Of a stretch of 64,000 bases of DNA, positions 59,211-64,000 are shown in pieces. The stretch is taken from positions 384,001 through 448,000 of the forward strand of contig OY970280.1 in the NCBI GenBank assembly GCA_963715865.1, read 5' to 3'. The position numbers and the translations under genes were made by a program. The stretch is from Candidatus Bathyarchaeota archaeon. GTDB lineage: Archaea; Thermoproteota; Bathyarchaeia; Bathyarchaeales; Bathycorpusculaceae. The notes beneath the pieces are model-generated. The model was not told where the DNA came from and did no database searches. It saw nothing but the letters and a program-made list of their open reading frames with translations. Each line of letters starts with the position of its first letter. Position 1 is the stretch's first letter.

Positions 59211-61298
59211 TTACCGTTCAATTGAGATTTTGCTGACTCCAGCCTCTTTTTCAAGAGTAATCACATGATCAGCTTTTCCTGCGAATGCTTCACTGTGTGT
59301 AACTGCGATTATTTGTTCAATTGCTTTGAATCGGCTTATGGCTTCAGCTAACCGCTCTATGCTGCCATCTTCGCTGCCAAGGTTTTCTGTGGGTTCATCA
59401 AGCATTAGCATGCTTAAGCCGTGACCAGTTCGCGACTGCATAATCAACTGCCCCAAACCTAAACGGTAAGCAAAAGCCAAAAGCGTGCGTTCTCCGCCTG
59501 AAAGGTTTGAAACTTCCCGGTCAACGCCTGTTTCGCTTTTCACGTAAGGAGTGTAAGTTTCATCAATAAGCACGTTGAGCATGGGTGTTTCTCCGCCAAC
59601 TAGACTATCGAGGACTTGCTGAACAAAATTGCGCAAAACCTTCACAAACTCGCTCCGAAGTTTAGGCTGAATACTACGGTAAGCATCACGAATAGCGCTT
59701 AAAAGTTCAACGGTTCTGCGGATTTTCTCCATGCGCTCAAGCTTTTCCTGTGCAAGATTAATCCGCTCTTTAGTTTCGTCTAAGCGTCTGAAAAGGTCTT
59801 TTTTGCGGTTCTCTTTCGTGCACAAATCCGACTCTAACATGTAATACTGCTGGAAAGCCTGTTCACGCAGTGTTCTTGCCGCGTCAAGTTCTGATAAGTC
59901 AAACTTGCCGATTTCAAACTGTACCAGCTCAAGCTGCAAACGCAGATCAGCTTCAAGCTTCTGTTTCTCCTCAAACTCGCTTGATAGATTATTAAAGTTG
60001 TTTTCTTCTTCGCTCAGGCGGTTTTTTAATTCCTCAGCTCTTGTCATGCAAGTTTGCAAGTTCGAGTAAGCTTCAGAAGCCAAAGTTTTTGTTTTCTGCA
60101 GACTATCAATTTCAATTCGTAGCTGACTGATTGCTTTTTCGCGTTCACTATTTTCCTGTTGAATCTTTGAAAGCAGATTACCTTTGTATTCACCATCTAA
60201 CGGTTGCACACAAAGCGGACACTTGCTCTCCTGCGACAACGAAACAACTCTCTTTTTATCCGTTTGCAGGTTCCTTGCCGTCGCTTCTTGATCCGCTCGT
60301 AAACTGCTGATTTTATCATCAAACGCTGCCAAAGAAGAATGCAATGATTCAACAGGCTGATTAATTGGCAAACCTGCTTGCTCAAGTTTACCCAAGCACA
60401 CTTTAGCTTGAGCATCAATTGAGTTTTGGCGCTGATGCAAATTATCCACGATCGTTTTTTTGCCTTCAATGCGCTGATTTAGCGAAGCCAAAGTGTTAGT
60501 CATGTTAACAGCGTCGGCATGTAGCTTTGCTTCTTTTCGCTTAAGCTCCTCAATAACTTGTCGTTTCTCTTCCAGCTTTTTCAGCTTTGAATCTGCTTCA
60601 TCCAACGCTTTCTTGGCAACCGCCAACTTCTGCGTTGCGTTCTCAAGGTCCATTTCTAAAAGTGCGTATTCTTCACTTGCCCTGTTGCATTCGTTGCTGA
60701 GTTTTTCTAAGCCATTAACGTCTGGGTCTTTCTCGTAAACCCGTTTTTCAGTCTCATAATCTCGTTGGTACTGCGCAATATTGCTCCATGCTGTTTCGTA
60801 ATCGGATAAACCGAATAATTCGTCCAAACGTCTTTGCCTATCGCGTGGTTGAGCATCCAATAGCTCTTTGAGATGTTCTTGCCTAAACCAGACAATTTCT
60901 CGGTAAAGATCCTTATCTAAACCTGTAATCGCCTTAAACTGCTCGGCAATCGCATCGGTTTTCATGCTAGCAACAAGCGTCTCATCCTCATAGAGCTTGA
61001 GTTCTTCAAAATTTTGGATAATACTTTTGCCCTTTCTTTTTAATCCACGCGTAAGCTTGTAGGTGCTTCCGTTCTGCATAAACTGGACAGTGACCCTGCC
61101 AGAATCTGCACCTTCACGCAGCAAATACTCAAAACTCCTACCTATCGACTCACCGAACAAAGCGAAGTCAACCGCATATAAAACGCTGGATTTTCCACAG
61201 CCCAAACCGCCGACAAGACAGTTAAAACCGCGTGTGAAGGGCACTGTGGATTTAACGTGGCTGCGAATGTTTTCCAGCTGAACTATTTCAATTTTCAT
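59211..61298 (-). CDS. rad50: Rad50 ATPase (short coiled coil)
   Basis: GGLGCGKSS Walker A, CPLC zinc hook, LSGGE, LDEPT. Confidence 0.9.
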   Translation of the reverse strand: MKIEIVQLENIRSHVKSTVPFTRGFNCLVGGLGCGKSSVLYAVDFALFGESIGRSFEYLLREGADSGRVTVQFMQNGSTYKLTRGLKRKGKSIIQNFEELKLYEDETLVASMKTDAIAEQFKAITGLDKDLYREIVWFRQEHLKELLDAQPRDRQRRLDELFGLSDYETAWSNIAQYQRDYETEKRVYEKDPDVNGLEKLSNECNRASEEYALLEMDLENATQKLAVAKKALDEADSKLKKLEEKRQVIEELKRKEAKLHADAVNMTNTLASLNQRIEGKKTIVDNLHQRQNSIDAQAKVCLGKLEQAGLPINQPVESLHSSLAAFDDKISSLRADQEATARNLQTDKKRVVSLSQESKCPLCVQPLDGEYKGNLLSKIQQENSEREKAISQLRIEIDSLQKTKTLASEAYSNLQTCMTRAEELKNRLSEEENNFNNLSSEFEEKQKLEADLRLQLELVQFEIGKFDLSELDAARTLREQAFQQYYMLESDLCTKENRKKDLFRRLDETKERINLAQEKLERMEKIRRTVELLSAIRDAYRSIQPKLRSEFVKVLRNFVQQVLDSLVGGETPMLNVLIDETYTPYVKSETGVDREVSNLSGGERTLLAFAYRLGLGQLIMQSRTGHGLSMLMLDEPTENLGSEDGSIERLAEAISRFKAIEQIIAVTHSEAFAGKADHVITLEKEAGVSKISIER

Positions 61299-62533
61299 TT
61301 TGCCAGCTCCTCAATGGTTTGCTTGACTTTCTCGTCTTGCTTTCGCGTTAAAGGCTCTATGAGACTGAGTGCGGAACGTGCGATTTTGTCAGCTTCTTCG
61401 CGACTGTAGCGCTCTGAGAAAATCTGCAGAAAATACTCAAAAGCTTTGGTCTTCAAATCCTTAAATTCGCTTTCAAAAATTGAACGCACTATTTCGTCTG
61501 AAACAACGCTTTCCTTTAGCAATACGATTGGGTGAACAAGCAAAGCTTTCTCGCCAGCACTTCGGATTTTGGCTATGTCGATTTCTGCTCGGCTTGCTTC
61601 AGCTGGTAACGTGCCTTTCAAAACTGGAATTATTATTGCTCCTTCCGAATCAGCGTCTTTTACAAGTTGAGTGGCTAATTCAGTGATTTTTGCTGATGCC
61701 ATGCCTGAGAAATCTTGCTCAAAAATAACGAATTTACGAGTAGATGTAAGTTCTATGAATTCTGGTTTTACTTCGCCTTTCTCGTTTACTGTAACGTGAA
61801 GGAAGCCTTTCGGGTACTTGGCTTCTCTGTAATCAGTTGTTTCGGTGCAGCCACTGTATGCTAGAAAGCCTGTTTTGAACTTGCCCAAGTACCGTTCATG
61901 CACGTGACCAGCAGCATAATAATCAAAGCCGTTTGGCAATTGCTCCGGCGAAACTTCAGCTTCAATGTAAGGTGGCTTAACGCTTGGCAAGTCCACAGCG
62001 GCGTGGAAAACAAAAATGTTGCAAACCTTGTTACTAGGTGTTGGAGGGTTTTCTTCCATAAACTTTGGGAGTGCCTCTTCAGTTTTATGCTTGTTATGAA
62101 AGTTTGGTATGCCATAAACGTAGCAGCAGTCGGGTTTGCGCCAGCATGCGCCGCTGTATCTTGGCAGATGGTGGATTAATCCTGCGCTATCTAGTGGGTA
62201 GAGGATTGTGCCGGTTATGATGTTTGGTGCGGAATCGTGTGAGCCGTCAACAGTTAAAACTGGAATGTTGGCGTCTTTGAGGCGTTTAAAGCTTCGGATA
62301 GTGTTCTCTAAAGTAACGTTTGATGGTCTTGCTTGGTGGAACAAGTCGCCTGCGATAATCATGAAGTCAGGTTTTAACTCGATTGCTTTATCAACCAACT
62401 CTTTAAACGCATTGTCGAAGTCTTGCCTTCTAGCTTCTAAACCGTACTGCGCGTACCCTAAATGCAAGTCTGAAGCGTGAACGAAGCTGAACGGCTTCAA
62501 GTTGCCTGTGACTCCCTTTTTGTTCCCCTTCAC
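61295..62533 (-). CDS. mre11: Mre11 nuclease
   Basis: SDLHLG, AGDLF, GSHD, YYAAGHVH, YSG; overlaps rad50 by 4 nt. Confidence 0.92.
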   Translation of the reverse strand: MKGNKKGVTGNLKPFSFVHASDLHLGYAQYGLEARRQDFDNAFKELVDKAIELKPDFMIIAGDLFHQARPSNVTLENTIRSFKRLKDANIPVLTVDGSHDSAPNIITGTILYPLDSAGLIHHLPRYSGACWRKPDCCYVYGIPNFHNKHKTEEALPKFMEENPPTPSNKVCNIFVFHAAVDLPSVKPPYIEAEVSPEQLPNGFDYYAAGHVHERYLGKFKTGFLAYSGCTETTDYREAKYPKGFLHVTVNEKGEVKPEFIELTSTRKFVIFEQDFSGMASAKITELATQLVKDADSEGAIIIPVLKGTLPAEASRAEIDIAKIRSAGEKALLVHPIVLLKESVVSDEIVRSIFESEFKDLKTKAFEYFLQIFSERYSREEADKIARSALSLIEPLTRKQDEKVKQTIEELAK

Positions 62534-62659
62534 TTTTGATTAGTAGTTTGCCTATCTTAAAGTGTTTATGCGTGTTCAAAATTTAGGCGATTTTTTGTTT
62601 TTTAATGGGATAAAATATAAACCACGATTTGCATGTTAGTTCGAAAGGCGCTTAATTAG

Positions 62660-63478
62660 ATGAAATGCCAGGTATGCATGCAAGAAACTCTTCTACCGTT
62701 TCGCTGTCCATATTGTGGTGGACAGTTTTGTAGTGCTCACCGTTTGCCTGAGAATCATGCATGCCCAAGAATTGAGTTTGCTCGTGCCCAAAGGCAGGAA
62801 CAAGTGATTACACCTCAGTCGTATGACTCTTATCAGTACAGTTATAATTTCGGTCAGCAACCGTTCAAGCGCGAGAGGCATGTTTACTTTAGTCATAAAG
62901 AGTTTAAACACATAACGATTGCAGCGCTACTTGTCATCGGCATTGGTTTTTCCATCGGATTGTATGGAAACCTTTTTGGAGGCTTCAATTTTTATTGGAC
63001 TTGGGATATGATGGCTGTTTTCGCAGTTATCATGACAGCCACTTTTTTGGTCCATGAAATTGCGCATAAAATTATTGCTCAAAAAAAGGGTTTATGGGCT
63101 GAATTCCGCTTAACAACTTGGGGAGCACTGTTGACTTTCGTTTCTATATTTTTGCCTTTTAGGATGATTGCTCCAGGCGCAATGATGATTGCCGGGTCGC
63201 CGAACGGTGACGAAATCGTAAAGATTTCTCTTGCTGGGCCACTAACTAACATCATTTTCTCTACTGCGCTTCTCGGATTAGGGTTTGCTTTACCACCAAG
63301 CACTTATGCGAGCATGCTGCTTTTTGCCGCTTACATCAACGCTTTCATGGCAGTCTTTAATCTGATTCCATTCGGAATTTTGGATGGCTACAAAATTTTC
63401 AGTTTTAACAAGAAGCTTTGGGCTTTAGCTTTCATTCCCAGCGTTATTCTTACAGTGTTCACTTTCTTCTATTTCTAA
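62660..63478 (+). CDS. AN1-type zinc finger fused to an M50 site-2 metalloprotease
   Basis: CQVC...FRCPYC...FC..HRLPE.H.C; HEIAH; AGP; NLIP...LDG. Confidence 0.88.
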   Translation: MKCQVCMQETLLPFRCPYCGGQFCSAHRLPENHACPRIEFARAQRQEQVITPQSYDSYQYSYNFGQQPFKRERHVYFSHKEFKHITIAALLVIGIGFSIGLYGNLFGGFNFYWTWDMMAVFAVIMTATFLVHEIAHKIIAQKKGLWAEFRLTTWGALLTFVSIFLPFRMIAPGAMMIAGSPNGDEIVKISLAGPLTNIIFSTALLGLGFALPPSTYASMLLFAAYINAFMAVFNLIPFGILDGYKIFSFNKKLWALAFIPSVILTVFTFFYF

Positions 63479-63709
63479 AAAAGATCTAATTTTTATTGCG
63501 ATCTCGCGAAGAGTGGCTTGTCCCTAAATTCGCTAAAGTTTATTTTTGGGTTGGGGCCTCGTATTTTTGAGTAACATCCAATCTTGGGAGGTGAATCCTA
63601 GCGGGGCAAGATGAACACGAGACCCTACAAATTTTACTTTGCTCTTAAAGTTATCATAAATGTTGGTTTCTTTCTCATCTTGAGCAAGCAATAGCTTCTC
63701 TGAAGTTTG

Positions 63710-64000
63710 CTATTGGCAACTTTGTTTCTCAAAAAGTACATTAGGAGCTATCCTTGGGTAGTCTTTCATCACCTTTTGAAGCTTTTTCAACGATACATTT
63801 TCGATGACAAAAGTGGGCAAAGGCGCAACTCCGCCTTTTTGGAATAGAGAATTAACAATCTTGCTTTCGTCAACTTTAGGTTCAAAGGCTGCAAATCGAA
63901 CCCAGAAGCTATTTTGCTTCAAGATTTGAAAGATTTCATCCAATTTTTCATCGGAGAGATAGTCAGGATGTAATTCTACGAGAATTCTCACGTCTCCTTT
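63710..64000 (-). CDS. Partial CDS running off the window end (possibly the C-terminus of an FkbM-like methyltransferase)
   Basis: The frame is open to the window edge; the ILVELHP motif is suggestive only. Confidence 0.4.
   Translation of the reverse strand, partial: KGDVRILVELHPDYLSDEKLDEIFQILKQNSFWVRFAAFEPKVDESKIVNSLFQKGGVAPLPTFVIENVSLKKLQKVMKDYPRIAPNVLFEKQSCQ

Overview
Archaeal chromosomal window, densely coding. Gene style suggests Bathyarchaeia/TACK, but that is an inference. Housekeeping content: metG, a CysRS-like gene, pncB, a thiolase/DUF35-HMG-CoA synthase pair, uvrB-uvrA-uvrC, dinB, mre11-rad50, trpE-G-D-C-B-A, a Btu/FecCD-type ABC importer, tRNA-Lys(CTT) and the SRP RNA. Accessory patches include a ~3.3 kb tRNA-Lys-anchored islet with an AbiE type IV TA pair, two further TA-like pairs, an integrase remnant and several gene fragments. 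Most notable: (1) the trpE reading frame has no ATG/GTG/TTG start near its 5' end; the SD-preceded ATG opens a 16-codon ORF carrying a CTT-TGG (Leu-Trp) site that would enter trpE by a +1 shift, a candidate Trp-sensing programmed frameshift (alternative: a 1-nt indel or assembly error); (2) a CysRS paralog with a rebuilt zinc/thiol site and no C-terminal anticodon domain; (3) a thiolase lacking its catalytic residues, coupled to a DUF35-HMGS fusion; (4) a Ser-initiated LAGLIDADG+HTH intein in the UvrB Walker A motif. All family assignments come from motif recognition by eye; no database searches were run.
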